From: Candidatus Multivoradales bacterium
GTDB lineage: Bacteria; Acidobacteriota; Thermoanaerobaculia; Multivoradales; JAHEKO01
Assembly: GCA_965248055.1 (NCBI GenBank)
Contig: CBDFIJ010000004.1
Location: 672,001 to 736,000, forward strand
DNA length: 64,000 nucleotides
Reading direction: 5' to 3'
A model generated the notes under the pieces. The model worked only from the letters and a program-made list of their open reading frames with translations, did no database searches and was not told the DNA's origin. Below, piece by piece: positions 37,285 to 48,113 of the stretch. The position numbers and the translations under genes are program-made. Position 1 is the stretch's first letter; the number at the start of each line of letters is the position of its first letter.

Positions 37285-38130
37285 ATGGGGCTGAATCATA
37301 CGCTCAAGTTTGAGCTTCGCTCAGGGGTCGAGAGGTACTTCCACTTCTCCACCCGGCAGGCGCTGACCATCAGCGCGATTGTCACTGGATGTTGCCTTAT
37401 CGCACTCACGGTAGGTTCGCTCTACATGACCAAGAACGCCGCCGCGTTTGAGGTCAGCAAGTTGCAACAGGAAAACGTTCTACTCCGTCAGGAGAACAAC
37501 GGCCTAGAAGGCACAGTCCGTCAGTTGGTGCAACGGGTCGATGAATTCGAGGACCGCACCGAACAACTGGCTTTGATCGCGGGCATTGATCCCCAGGATC
37601 AGGCGCTCTCCTTTGGCGTTGGTGGCGCCGATGCAGAGAGCTTGGACTTACAAGCCACGGAACTCCAGTCTCGTTTTGATGAGGTCGAAGACGCATTGCG
37701 CAAGCGTCGACAACGCCTTGCCTCGACCCCCAGCTTGCGCCCGGTAATCGGCCTGATCACCAGCAGTTACGGGGGCCGACGTGATCCGATCACCGGTGCT
37801 CCAGCCATCCACCCAGGAGTTGATATTGGCGCGCGACCGGGTCGCCCAGTGGTCGCCACCGCTGATGGCGTGGTCACCCGCGCCGGACGGAATGGCGGTC
37901 TGGGTAAAGCCGTCTACATTTCGCACGGATACGGCATGACCACTCGCTACGGTCATTTGTCTAAGTTTGTGGTCGAGCCCGGCCAGAAAGTGCGCCGAGG
38001 AGAAACCATCGGCTATGTAGGTCGAACCGGTAGAGCTACCGGCTACCACTTGCACTACGAAGTCCGTCGTCATGGTCAGTCGACCAACCCGCTTGACTAC
38101 ATGCTCACGGACTACGAGTCCGCCTCATAA
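37285..38130 (+). CDS. M23-family peptidoglycan peptidase with TM anchor and coiled coil
   Basis: HPGVD, ATADG, TRYGHLS, GRATGYHLHYEV. Confidence 0.92.
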   Translation: MGLNHTLKFELRSGVERYFHFSTRQALTISAIVTGCCLIALTVGSLYMTKNAAAFEVSKLQQENVLLRQENNGLEGTVRQLVQRVDEFEDRTEQLALIAGIDPQDQALSFGVGGADAESLDLQATELQSRFDEVEDALRKRRQRLASTPSLRPVIGLITSSYGGRRDPITGAPAIHPGVDIGARPGRPVVATADGVVTRAGRNGGLGKAVYISHGYGMTTRYGHLSKFVVEPGQKVRRGETIGYVGRTGRATGYHLHYEVRRHGQSTNPLDYMLTDYESAS

Positions 38131-38283
38131 CCGTCCCCCCTAGAATTCAATTTCGGCCTGACAGACGCTTGATTGCGATCTGTATTGGTCCTGTCTTTGC
38201 TAGTATTTTTTCTCCTAGCGATAACTGCCCCAAGAAATCTACCCAGTCAACTCAGTCCGCACCTAACCAAGAGAATTCCGCTG

Positions 38284-40968
38284 ATGTTTAACCGCGCCCT
38301 CACCAAAGTTTTCGGTAGTCAACATGAACGCGACCTCAAGAAGATGCAGCCGGGCGTCGACGCGATCAACGCCCTGGAAGCCGACATTCGTGCCTTAAGC
38401 GACGCTGAGCTGCGTTCCAAGACCGGTGAATTTCGCCAACGTGTGGACCGCGGACAGCGGCTGGATGACCTACTGCCAGAAGCCTTTGCGGTGGTGCGCG
38501 AAGCGGCATGGCGCAGTGTGCAAATGCGGCCCTATGACGTGCAACTGATTGGTGGCATGGTACTTCACGAAGGGCGCATTGCCGAGATGAAGACCGGTGA
38601 GGGAAAGACCTTGGTGGCGACGTTGCCGGTCTACCTCAACGCCCTATCCGGTCGCGGGGTTCACGTAGTTACGGTCAACGATTACCTAGCTCGCCGCGAT
38701 GCTGAGTGGATGGGACAGGTTTACCGTTTTCTTGGGATGGATGTTGGAGTTATCCAACACGGATTGACCGACGAAGAACGCCGCCAGGCCTACGCTGCCG
38801 ACATCACCTACGCCACCAACAATGAGCTGGGCTTCGACTACTTGCGCGACAACATGAAGCTGGACGTAAGCTCGATGGTGCAACGAGATCATCACTACGC
38901 GATCGTCGATGAAGTCGACTCGATCCTGATCGACGAAGCACGGACACCGTTGATCATTTCCGGACCTTCGGAAGAGTCGATCGACAAGTACTACCAACTG
39001 GACCGCATCATTCCTCGTTTCGACCGAGGGGAGGAAATCGAAGAAGGCGATCGCAAATACACCACCGGGGACTTTCTGGTGGATGAAAAGGCACAGACCA
39101 TCACTTTGACTGAGGAGGGAGTGGCCAAGGTTGAGAAGTTGCTGTCAATTGAAAACCTCTACGACATCGAGAACATGGAGATTCTGCACGGGGTCAACCA
39201 GGGTCTCCGCGCGCACCATCTGTTCAAGCGCGACGTCGGCTACTTGGTCAAAGATGGCCAAGTGGTGATTGTCGATGAGTTCACCGGCCGCATGATGCCA
39301 GGCCGTCGCTGGTCGGATGGGCTACATCAGGCAATCGAAGCCAAAGAAGGGGTGCGGATAGAAAAAGAGAACCAGACCCTGGCCACTATCACCTTCCAAA
39401 ACTATTTCCGCATGTACCAGAAGCTCGGCGGTATGACCGGTACCGCGGAAACAGAGGCCACTGAATTTGGCGAGATCTACGACCTGGACGTAACCGTGAT
39501 TCCCACTAATCAACCGATGGTGCGCCAGGATCAGCCGGACTTGATCTATCGCACCGCAGCCGAGAAGTGGGATGCGGTGGCCGAAGACATTGCCGAAAAG
39601 AGCAAACTGGGGCAGCCGACCCTAGTCGGCACGGTTTCCATTGAGACCAGTGAGTCGCTGGCCAAGAAGCTCAAACGCAAAGGCGTTCCGCATGTAGTGC
39701 TCAACGCCAAATACCACGAGCGAGAAGCTCCGATTGTCGCCCAAGCAGGTCGCAAAGGTTCGGTCACCATTGCCACCAACATGGCTGGACGCGGTACTGA
39801 CATCGTCTTGGGAGGCAACCCTGAAGGACTCGCGCGCTCGGAGTTCAACCCAGAAGAGGACAGCGAAGGCTACGCCGCTGCTTTGGCTCGTTACGAGGAG
39901 ACCTGCCAACGAGAACGTCAGGAAGTTCTAGATGTCGGCGGCTTGTACATCCTGGGCACCGAGCGCCACGAATCCAGGCGCGTGGACAACCAACTGCGAG
40001 GCCGTTCCGGACGCCAGGGCGACCCAGGAGAATCCCGTTTTTACCTGTCTCTAGAGGACGACTTGATGCGCATCTTCGCCTCCGATCGGGTGCAGGCGTT
40101 TATGGGCAAGATCGGCATGCAGGAGGGCGAGGCGATCGAAGCGAGCATGGTCACCCGTGCTATTGAGCGCGCTCAGACCCAAGTGGAAGGGCGTAACTTC
40201 GAGATCAGAAAGCACCTCCTTGAGTATGACGATGTGATGAACAAGCAGCGGGAAGCGATCTACCTGTTGCGGCGAGAAATCCTTGAGGGCAAGGAAGGAC
40301 GCGACTACGTGGATCGAGTCTCGCAGGATGTCATCGACTACATGATCGAGACCCACTGCTCGGCGGACCAGCCAGCCAGCGAGTGGAATCTTGCCGACTT
40401 GGCGACCGACTACCTGTCTTACTTTGACCTTTCCCTGCGCGAACTCAGGGATGACTGGCGCACTTTGGATGTCGCAGAGTTGCAGCAGCAACTACTCCAG
40501 TTTGCCACCAAAAAGTACGACGGCAAAGAAGACAAGCAGGGCCCCGAGGCGATGAGAGCGTTGGAGCGTCGCTTCATGCTGACCGTGGTCGATCGCTCCT
40601 GGAAAGATCATTTGTTCGCGCTCGATCATCTCAAGGAAGGCATCAACCTGCGCGCGCACGGCCAGCGCAATCCGCTTCAGGAGTACAAGAAAGAAAGCTT
40701 CGAGATGTTTCAAGCGCTGAAAGAGCGTCTAGAAGACGAGATCGTCAAGGGCGTCTATCGTGCTGAACCGATCAGCCCCGAAGAAATGGCCGAGAGAATG
40801 CGCCAGGTACAGCGTCAGCGCAACTTACGCTTCTCCACTCCCCACGCCGCCGGACCGACGCTGCCCCGAACCGTGGTGCGCGACGGTAAGAAGGTCGGAC
40901 GCAACGATCCGTGTCCCTGTGGGTCCGGCAAGAAGTATAAGAAGTGCCACGGATCTACCAATTCATAA
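38284..40968 (+). CDS. secA: Preprotein translocase subunit SecA
   Basis: [40 protein letters not shown] motif [18 protein letters not shown]. Confidence 0.99.
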   Translation: MFNRALTKVFGSQHERDLKKMQPGVDAINALEADIRALSDAELRSKTGEFRQRVDRGQRLDDLLPEAFAVVREAAWRSVQMRPYDVQLIGGMVLHEGRIAEMKTGEGKTLVATLPVYLNALSGRGVHVVTVNDYLARRDAEWMGQVYRFLGMDVGVIQHGLTDEERRQAYAADITYATNNELGFDYLRDNMKLDVSSMVQRDHHYAIVDEVDSILIDEARTPLIISGPSEESIDKYYQLDRIIPRFDRGEEIEEGDRKYTTGDFLVDEKAQTITLTEEGVAKVEKLLSIENLYDIENMEILHGVNQGLRAHHLFKRDVGYLVKDGQVVIVDEFTGRMMPGRRWSDGLHQAIEAKEGVRIEKENQTLATITFQNYFRMYQKLGGMTGTAETEATEFGEIYDLDVTVIPTNQPMVRQDQPDLIYRTAAEKWDAVAEDIAEKSKLGQPTLVGTVSIETSESLAKKLKRKGVPHVVLNAKYHEREAPIVAQAGRKGSVTIATNMAGRGTDIVLGGNPEGLARSEFNPEEDSEGYAAALARYEETCQRERQEVLDVGGLYILGTERHESRRVDNQLRGRSGRQGDPGESRFYLSLEDDLMRIFASDRVQAFMGKIGMQEGEAIEASMVTRAIERAQTQVEGRNFEIRKHLLEYDDVMNKQREAIYLLRREILEGKEGRDYVDRVSQDVIDYMIETHCSADQPASEWNLADLATDYLSYFDLSLRELRDDWRTLDVAELQQQLLQFATKKYDGKEDKQGPEAMRALERRFMLTVVDRSWKDHLFALDHLKEGINLRAHGQRNPLQEYKKESFEMFQALKERLEDEIVKGVYRAEPISPEEMAERMRQVQRQRNLRFSTPHAAGPTLPRTVVRDGKKVGRNDPCPCGSGKKYKKCHGSTNS

Positions 40969-40973
40969 CAGAT

Positions 40974-41031
40974 CATTCTTAATAGGCCATTCCTAATAGG
41001 CCAGCCCTAGCAGATCCATTCGTAAACGGCC
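40974..41031 (+). repeat. 14-bp direct repeat CATTC(T/C)TAATAGGC x2 plus one degenerate copy
   Basis: Visible just after the secA stop. Confidence 0.7.
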
Positions 41032-41212
41032 CAGAACGGGTTGATCGCTAACGTACTTCGCTTCGCACCGGCTTAGGTATCATCCCGCAATCGGCATCCA
41101 GTGTCTCGCGGCAAGGATCTGGAGCCATATCTTGGCCTCTGATAATCTGCCTACCCACGCGACCTGAGTTCATCCGGCTTGAACCGTCGCATTTTCCTCC
41201 GGAGATTTGACC

Positions 41213-42688
41213 ATGACCGGTTCCAGTGACAGTCAAATTTTAGCCCCAGCATTGACCTTTGACGATGTCCTCATCGAACCTGCTTTTTCTCGCATTCACC
41301 CGAGTCAAGTAGATCTGGGCAGCCAGCTATCGCGCAACATTCGGCTGGCGACGCCATTGGTGTCTGCGGCGATGGACACCGTGACCGAGTCCCAACTGGC
41401 AATCGCACTGGCTCAGGAAGGCGGCATGGGCATCGTGCATAAGAACCTTTCGATTGAGGACCAGGCGCGGGAAATTGATCGAGTGAAGCGCTCTGAAGCC
41501 GGCATGATCGTTGACCCGGTGACCTTGAAGCCGGACGAGTCTTTGCGCACCGCCCACGAACTCATGAGCCGCTACAAGATCTCTGGACTGCCGATCACCG
41601 ACAATGACGGGCAGTTGGTCGGTATCTTGACCAATCGCGACCTCCGGTTTGAGGAGAATCTCGATAGCAAAGTCTCAGATCTGATGACCAAGGACCATCT
41701 GGTCACAGTTCCGGAAGGGACCACGTTGGAAGAGGCCAAGCGCGAGCTGCACAAGCACCGCATTGAAAAGCTGCTAGTGGTGGACGACAGCGGCACTCTT
41801 AAAGGCTTGATCACGGTCAAAGATATTCAGAAGGCGATGCAGTTTCCCAATGCCTCTAAGGACGACCTGGGTCGATTGAGGGTTGGGGCCGCAGTGGGCG
41901 CTTCGGGAGATTCTCTGGAGCGCGCGAAGGCTCTGGTCGCGGCTGGAGTAGACGTCCTGGTGGTGGATTCCTCGCACGCCCACTCAGAGGGCGTTTTTGC
42001 CGCCGTCGAACAGTTGCGAAAAGCGTTTCCAGATATCGATCTGATCGCCGGCAACGTGGCAACGGCGGAAGGTGCCCAAGGATTGGCCGAACGAGGCGTT
42101 GACGCGATCAAGGTCGGCATCGGTCCAGGCTCGATCTGCACCACGCGGGTCGTTACCGGGGCTGGTATGCCGCAGATCACAGCGATCAGCGAAACCGCTG
42201 CTGCTGCCGGCGAGATCCCGATCATCGCCGATGGCGGCGTCAAATTCTCCGGGGACCTGACCAAGGCATTGGCTGCCGGCGCTTCGACGGTGATGATCGG
42301 CTCGCTGTTTGCGGGAACCGAAGAGAGCCCAGGTGAGACCATTCTTTACCAAGGAAGAACCTATAAGGCTTATCGAGGGATGGGCTCGCTCTCAGCGATG
42401 GCTCAAGGGGCCGCCGATCGCTACTTCCAGGACTCTGGTAAAGAATTGTCGAAGCTGGTGCCCGAAGGTATTGAGGGCATGGTCCCCTTTAAGGGCAGCG
42501 TACACCGCATGCTGGCTCAAATGACCGGTGGCTTGCGCTCGGGCATGGGCCTAGCAGGCTGCGCAACCGTTGAAGAACTACGGACTCAAGTCCGCTTTCG
42601 TAAGGTGACCGCAGCGGGGCTTAAAGAGAGTCACGCTCACGATGTGGTGATCACCAAAGAGGCACCCAACTATTGGGTCGAACGCTAG
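41213..42688 (+). CDS. guaB: IMP dehydrogenase
   Basis: [18 protein letters not shown] pair, [17 protein letters not shown]. Confidence 0.98.
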   Translation: MTGSSDSQILAPALTFDDVLIEPAFSRIHPSQVDLGSQLSRNIRLATPLVSAAMDTVTESQLAIALAQEGGMGIVHKNLSIEDQAREIDRVKRSEAGMIVDPVTLKPDESLRTAHELMSRYKISGLPITDNDGQLVGILTNRDLRFEENLDSKVSDLMTKDHLVTVPEGTTLEEAKRELHKHRIEKLLVVDDSGTLKGLITVKDIQKAMQFPNASKDDLGRLRVGAAVGASGDSLERAKALVAAGVDVLVVDSSHAHSEGVFAAVEQLRKAFPDIDLIAGNVATAEGAQGLAERGVDAIKVGIGPGSICTTRVVTGAGMPQITAISETAAAAGEIPIIADGGVKFSGDLTKALAAGASTVMIGSLFAGTEESPGETILYQGRTYKAYRGMGSLSAMAQGAADRYFQDSGKELSKLVPEGIEGMVPFKGSVHRMLAQMTGGLRSGMGLAGCATVEELRTQVRFRKVTAAGLKESHAHDVVITKEAPNYWVER

Positions 42689-42699
42689 AGGACGCTCTA

Positions 42700-43009
42700 G
42701 TCTTTCAGTATTCCACTAATCGCCTCGTTGCATCTTTGCGCGAAATGGCATCGCCAACCCTCGACCGGGCACGCGGGTCGCATTCGCGAGTTGCTCAGTG
42801 ACCTCTATCGCTTTGAGTTGCGCAGCGCCCGACGCCAACATCGGGAGCTGGTGGAGTTCTTTAGTGAGCAGCCGCTTGAGCCGCTACGCGAAGAAGTCTC
42901 ACGCCTGCGTGATAAGTACTGGATGCTGTCGGTCCGACGTCGCCAGTGGGACTGGAAACCCAGCGGCGTTAGATCAACCGGACCGTTCGACTCGCACCAA
43001 GCTAACTAA
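42700..43009 (+). pseudogene. Small hypothetical gene with a possibly frameshifted 5' end
   Basis: Coherent C-terminal part IRELLSDLYRFELR...LRDKYWMLS; no clean start or SD. Confidence 0.35.
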
Positions 43010-43033
43010 TTGTAGGCTCCGAGCGACAGCAAT

Positions 43034-45421
43034 CTATCGCCGCCACCCGAGCCCAAAGCCGGTAACTTCGATGTCGCGTTTGAGTGGGCGTAAGTGCGCG
43101 GTTTCAAATTTCTCGGTCAGCGGGTCGACCTTCTTTCGCATCGCTTCTAGATCTTCCTGCAACGTCGATTCCAGCTCTTTGAGGTCGGCTTCAAGCTTGT
43201 CTAGCGACTCCTCTGCCCGCTGTACGTCTTTCGACTCTTTGCGCGAGCGTCCGGCGTGGCGGACGGCGGAATGGGTTCTAGACACGGTGGTGGCAGAGAG
43301 CCGCTTGCGCCCCAATACCGCGCCGAGTATCGCAGTGCCAAACGAGACCACAGCAGAGAGCTTCTCGTTTCGCGCCTGGTCCTCCTGCTTCTCCAGCTCT
43401 TCGGTGGCGCTCCGAATGCGCTTTTCAAGTGCCTCTTGTTTCTTGGCGTACTTTTCTCGCAGTTCCTCGGTGCGGCGATCCCGCTCGGCCCGAGCGAGTT
43501 GCCCCAGACGAATACGAAAGTCTCGCTCGTCCTCACCCGGAGAAGACTGCTGATCCAACTCCGCGCTGCGAAACACCGCCACCCGGCGCGAGCGATAGAG
43601 GTGATCAACGAAGTGGCGCTTCCACGACGAGTAGGAACGGGGAGACGCAGCGTCAGCCGCCAAACTGGCGAAAGCTGCCGGCGCGTGCGGTTCCCCGCGG
43701 AGGTCATCAAGATGAGCGTCGAGTAGCTCGGATTCGGTCCAGTCGACATCCACTTGGGAGCCTTCCAAAGGCAACCAAAAAACCACCTCTTCATGATGCT
43801 CAAGGGTCTTGCCTCGATTGGTGTAAAACAGGCGGGCAGCGCCGACTAGGCCGGGCAGATAGACCTCAGTGCCTCGCCCGCTACCAGCGGGAACATAGAA
43901 CTGATCAATCTCAGGATCAACCATCGGTGGCCTACTGACCGCAGGGGTTGGAGCCTTGCTGTCGTCCTCGCCGAGGTTGCTGTTTTGGTCAACGGAAGTC
44001 GCTTCGCCGCTGACAGCGGAACGAAAGGGGTCCATCAAGCGACGGATCTCACCGCGGGCCAGCGGACCACGTAGGTACGACATCGCCCAACGGGTGTGGA
44101 ACAAGACCGGCGCTGGTTCATGCACGTTGTGCAACAAGAACACTCTCTTGCCCAACTGCGAGAGGATCTGATCCAACTCTTTGCGCCCCAACGAACCGGC
44201 CAACGACTCCAGCCCCTCGAGCACCCGTTCCTTGTCTCTCTCGGTCTGCAGGCGACCGAGGAACCAAGTTCCGGCGTTGGATAGGCCTTTGTAGTCCAAG
44301 TCGACTGGATTCTGGGTCGACAACACCACCCCAAGACCGTGAGCGCGGGCCTGCTTGAGCAATGTCAACATTGGCTTTTTCGACGGCGGTTCGCCGATCG
44401 GTGGCATATAGCCAAACACTTCATCCATGTACAGCAGAGCCCGAAGGTTGGAAGTTCCTGGCTGGCTGCGCACCCATCCAACCACCTGATTAAGCAACAG
44501 AGCGACAAAGAACATCCGCTCTTTTTCGGAGAGATGGGCAATGCTGAAGATCGCGATCTGCGGTTTGCCGTTCGGGTCATAGAGCATCTTGCCAATGTCG
44601 AGCGGGGCTCCGCTGAGCCACAGATCAAATCCCGGCGACGCCAACAGCGCGTTCATTTTCATCGCCAACTTAAAACGCTCTTTTGCTGGGTAGAACGACT
44701 CCAGTTCCAACACCCCAATCCGGGTCACCGGTGGCTCCTGAATCAGGCGGATCAACCCGCCGAGATCAACGTCTTCACCCAACTTCCATTGATGGTCGAT
44801 CAAGGTTGACAACAAGAGATGTTCTTTGCTCTGGACCGGATCTGCCTCTAGACCTAAGAGGGAGAGCAGGCTGGTTACCGTGGTCTCAATGCGGTCGCCA
44901 TACAGGTCGCGATCCGAGGACACCCCTGCTCTCGGTGCTTCCAGTGAGGCCAGGATGGAAACAGGAAGCCCAGCTTCGCTGCCGGGGGTGTAGATGCGGC
45001 AATCGCAGGCTTGGCGCAAGCGCTCGATACGCTCTCCGTCTTGATCCCAATCAGACAGCCCTTTTTTCCAGAAACCAGCTTGATCGCTGGCGTAGTCGGC
45101 AACTGACTTATCTTTACGTCGGGCGTCGTCACCTTGAACCCAAGGCTCAAATTCGGCACCACTGAGGTTGGGAAACGTGAGCATCAAGTTGCCCATATCT
45201 CCCTTGGGATCGATGACGATCGCCGGGATGCCGTCGATCGCCGCCTCCTCCAAGAGCGATACACACAGCCCGGTCTTTCCACTGCCGGTCATACCGACGC
45301 AGACCGCGTGGGTGGTCAAGTCCGCCGCGTCGTAGAGCAGCGGCGCCGCTTCAATGGTCTTTTTCTCGAGATCGTAAGGACGCCCGAGATAAAAGGCCCC
45401 TAACTTTTCGTACGCTTTCAT
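43034..45421 (-). CDS. HerA/FtsK-superfamily ATPase with coiled-coil C-terminus
   Basis: VGMTGSGKT, IDPKGD, YMDEVFGY, LLKQARAHG..LSTQNPVDLDYK. Confidence 0.88.
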   Translation of the reverse strand: MKAYEKLGAFYLGRPYDLEKKTIEAAPLLYDAADLTTHAVCVGMTGSGKTGLCVSLLEEAAIDGIPAIVIDPKGDMGNLMLTFPNLSGAEFEPWVQGDDARRKDKSVADYASDQAGFWKKGLSDWDQDGERIERLRQACDCRIYTPGSEAGLPVSILASLEAPRAGVSSDRDLYGDRIETTVTSLLSLLGLEADPVQSKEHLLLSTLIDHQWKLGEDVDLGGLIRLIQEPPVTRIGVLELESFYPAKERFKLAMKMNALLASPGFDLWLSGAPLDIGKMLYDPNGKPQIAIFSIAHLSEKERMFFVALLLNQVVGWVRSQPGTSNLRALLYMDEVFGYMPPIGEPPSKKPMLTLLKQARAHGLGVVLSTQNPVDLDYKGLSNAGTWFLGRLQTERDKERVLEGLESLAGSLGRKELDQILSQLGKRVFLLHNVHEPAPVLFHTRWAMSYLRGPLARGEIRRLMDPFRSAVSGEATSVDQNSNLGEDDSKAPTPAVSRPPMVDPEIDQFYVPAGSGRGTEVYLPGLVGAARLFYTNRGKTLEHHEEVVFWLPLEGSQVDVDWTESELLDAHLDDLRGEPHAPAAFASLAADAASPRSYSSWKRHFVDHLYRSRRVAVFRSAELDQQSSPGEDERDFRIRLGQLARAERDRRTEELREKYAKKQEALEKRIRSATEELEKQEDQARNEKLSAVVSFGTAILGAVLGRKRLSATTVSRTHSAVRHAGRSRKESKDVQRAEESLDKLEADLKELESTLQEDLEAMRKKVDPLTEKFETAHLRPLKRDIEVTGFGLGWRR

Positions 45422-45531
45422 GGACTCCTCCCGATCAAATTCAGCCAAAGTTGTTGAACCCGGCCGGACCGCTAGATGCTACCCCACCTGATCAACGCGC
45501 CGACGCTGCCGAGCCAACCGCAGAATGAGCG

Positions 45532-46725
45532 CTAAGCCCAAGATCCAGGATCAAGATGGTACGGCAGTGGGGTCAAGTTCTCGCAACGCTCCTGGCCAAC
45601 GACCAGCATGTCCTCCAAGCGAATCCCCCACCCTGCCTCGGGGTCGTAGAGCCCCGGCTCGATGGTGATGACATCACCTTCTTTGAGCCGCCCTTTGCTT
45701 CCCGATCGTAGATTCGGAAGTTCATGCAACTGATAGCCCAGGCCGTGTCCCAGGGAATGCACCATGCCGCGCCGGGTACGGCGGTCGATGCGCTGAGTCA
45801 GATAGCCAGCGTCTTCAATCGGATCCAGCGCTCGATCAACAACAGTGTTGATCGAAGCATCAATCGTTGCCTCTTCGGTCGACCCTTGTAGCGCCTGCAG
45901 GACCATGGAGTGCGCCCGGATGACGGCCTCTGGTATTGGTGGCAAGCAAAAAGTACGGCTGCAGTCGGCGTATTGGGTGCCGCGAGGAAACAGATCCACC
46001 ACCATGGTTTCTCCTGGACGGATCCGGTCCTGGTTGTTTCCCGTGGTGTGTGGCACCGCCGACGCGCTCCCAACTGCGACGATACTACCGTGCGGCTGAT
46101 CGACACCGTGATCGGCAAAATGATGAGCAATGGTGCGCCGAAGATCCCCCACGGTAAGTTCTGTACTGTCCGACTCCACCGAGGTCAGTTGCTGCGCCAG
46201 CTTATGGAAAGCTCCCGCGACAATGCCGCCCATGCGACGCGCTTCCTTCACTTCATCTGTGGTCTTGGCCCGTCGCCAAGAGCGCAACGTCTGGGTCGCA
46301 CTCGCGAGTTGCCATCCGCGGGCAGCCAAGACGCGCACTAGATCCAGAATGCCGCCGGCATCCAGTGCCCCGCCCAGGCCAATTGTGCCAGGGGGTATCT
46401 GCAGTTTTCGCAGCAGTCGAACCGCCGCCCGACCCAACAGCTCACCCTGAGAGCGAGTCTCTCGTCGCAGAGAGTTGAGATCGAGTTCTTGTGGACCCCA
46501 GTTCGAGACCCCGGTAGCGGCCGCCTCTTCGCGCTCCATGTCGGTGAAGTAAACCAGGTTGGGTTTTCCCTCTTGGTCAAGCAACCCGAGAACCAAACCC
46601 AAATGATGGCCTTGCGTCAGTCGACAGAGATCCGGATGATCGCCGCTCTCACCGACCAACAAGATTCCGCCCCAGCCCAGATCTTGAATCAAGGCTCTGA
46701 GCCGGCTGTCGGTCATCTCCGGCAA
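45532..46725 (-). CDS. Xaa-Pro peptidase family (M24)
   Basis: PH, VDLFP..YADCSRTF, HSLGHGLG..HE, TIEPGLY, GIRLED. Confidence 0.9.
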   Translation of the reverse strand: MPEMTDSRLRALIQDLGWGGILLVGESGDHPDLCRLTQGHHLGLVLGLLDQEGKPNLVYFTDMEREEAAATGVSNWGPQELDLNSLRRETRSQGELLGRAAVRLLRKLQIPPGTIGLGGALDAGGILDLVRVLAARGWQLASATQTLRSWRRAKTTDEVKEARRMGGIVAGAFHKLAQQLTSVESDSTELTVGDLRRTIAHHFADHGVDQPHGSIVAVGSASAVPHTTGNNQDRIRPGETMVVDLFPRGTQYADCSRTFCLPPIPEAVIRAHSMVLQALQGSTEEATIDASINTVVDRALDPIEDAGYLTQRIDRRTRRGMVHSLGHGLGYQLHELPNLRSGSKGRLKEGDVITIEPGLYDPEAGWGIRLEDMLVVGQERCENLTPLPYHLDPGSWA

Positions 46726-46749
46726 GGTCAGTTCCGAGAGGGAAAAACG

Positions 46750-47079
46750 CTAGACGTGGTTGCCCAGGAATTTCTGGATCGCATTCTTTGGCATCGCGCC
46801 CAAGACACGATCAGCCACCTCGCCGCCCTTGAACAAGATCATGGTGGGGATGCTCGAGACTTGGTACTGAAATGCCAATTCGCGGTTTTCGTCGACATTG
46901 ACCTTGGCGATCTGCACCTGACCGTCCATCTCTTCAGCAACTTCGTCAAGCACCGGTGCCACCATCCGGCAAGGACCACACCACTCTGCCCAAAAATCCA
47001 CCAGCACGGGGGTTTCGGACTCAAGTACTTCGGTCTGAAAAGTGTCGTTGGTTACTTGCTTTACTTTTTCGCTAGCCAT
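46750..47079 (-). CDS. trxA: Thioredoxin
   Basis: VDFWAEWCGPC. Confidence 0.97.
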   Translation of the reverse strand: MASEKVKQVTNDTFQTEVLESETPVLVDFWAEWCGPCRMVAPVLDEVAEEMDGQVQIAKVNVDENRELAFQYQVSSIPTMILFKGGEVADRVLGAMPKNAIQKFLGNHV

Positions 47080-47162
47080 TTTTGCTGAAAACTCCTTGAT
47101 TACCTCAGCAACTTTGTGTGCCGATTCTATCCTTTCGAAACCGTACTAATATTTCAGTACGA

Positions 47163-48113
47163 TCAATCTCTACTATGGGAACACGCGACAAGCGGTTTGT
47201 ATTCTCGCGCCCGCCGAGCATCAATTTCAATTTGCTCTTGCAGTCTTTCCAAGGAATCAAACCGCACTTCATCGCGCAACCGATGTTGCACACAAATCTC
47301 AGCCCGGACCCCGTAGACGTCCTCATCGAAGTCCAAGATATGCGCTTCAGCCAGGGTCGGCCCGTCCGCCTCCACGGTCGGTCGGTTACCGATATTGGCT
47401 ACCGCACGGTAGACCTCTCCCTGGAGTGAAACCTCGCCGACATAGACCCCGTTCTTGGGTACCAACTCCTGATCGCAGGCCAGGTTGATGGTGGGAAACC
47501 CGAGCGTTCTCCCACGCTGAGCTCCGCGCACCACAATTCCGGTCAGGGCGTAAGGCCGCCCCAACATCGCGGCGGCTTTCTCCGGCTCCCCTTGCAACAG
47601 CGCCCGACGGATGCGGGTGCTGGAAACTGGGCGCCCCTCATGCATCACTTCTTCAACCCCCACCGCGCGGAAACCGAAATCTCGACCCATGCTGTGCAGC
47701 AACGACATGTCGCCCTCGCGACCGTGGCCGAAGACAAAGCCTGCGCCGACATAGATTTCGCGTATTCCCAAGCGCTCAAGGAGAAAGTCGCGCACGAAAC
47801 GACGCGCCGGGATACGCGAAAAATCGGGAGTAAAAAAGACTTCGTAGAGGGCATCCAGGCCGCACGAGGCGAGCAGGTCTTCCTTCTGCTCGTCGCTGGT
47901 CAATCGAAGCGGGGCCCGCGCCGGATCGAGAAGCTTGAGCGGATGTGGGTCAAAGGTGACCGCCACCGCAGGGACTCCCAACGTTTGCCCACGATCTCGG
48001 ACCGCTTCTAAGAGCTCTCTTTGGCCACGGTGTACCCCGTCGAAGTTGCCGATCGCGCCGACCATGCCGCGTTCAAACTCCCCCTCTTGCCAAGCGTTAC
48101 GGTAAATCTTCAT
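47163..48113 (-). CDS. ribF: Bifunctional riboflavin kinase / FAD synthetase
   Basis: GNFDGVHRGQ, SSTRIR, GRTLGFPTIN, EAHILDF. Confidence 0.96.
   Translation of the reverse strand: MKIYRNAWQEGEFERGMVGAIGNFDGVHRGQRELLEAVRDRGQTLGVPAVAVTFDPHPLKLLDPARAPLRLTSDEQKEDLLASCGLDALYEVFFTPDFSRIPARRFVRDFLLERLGIREIYVGAGFVFGHGREGDMSLLHSMGRDFGFRAVGVEEVMHEGRPVSSTRIRRALLQGEPEKAAAMLGRPYALTGIVVRGAQRGRTLGFPTINLACDQELVPKNGVYVGEVSLQGEVYRAVANIGNRPTVEADGPTLAEAHILDFDEDVYGVRAEICVQHRLRDEVRFDSLERLQEQIEIDARRAREYKPLVACSHSRD

Noticed and set aside
43034-45421. HerA-like ATPase as a defence or conjugation system
   Set aside because: No NurA, Sir2 or T4SS partner nearby; it sits in a housekeeping run (rimO-ribF-trxA-M24).
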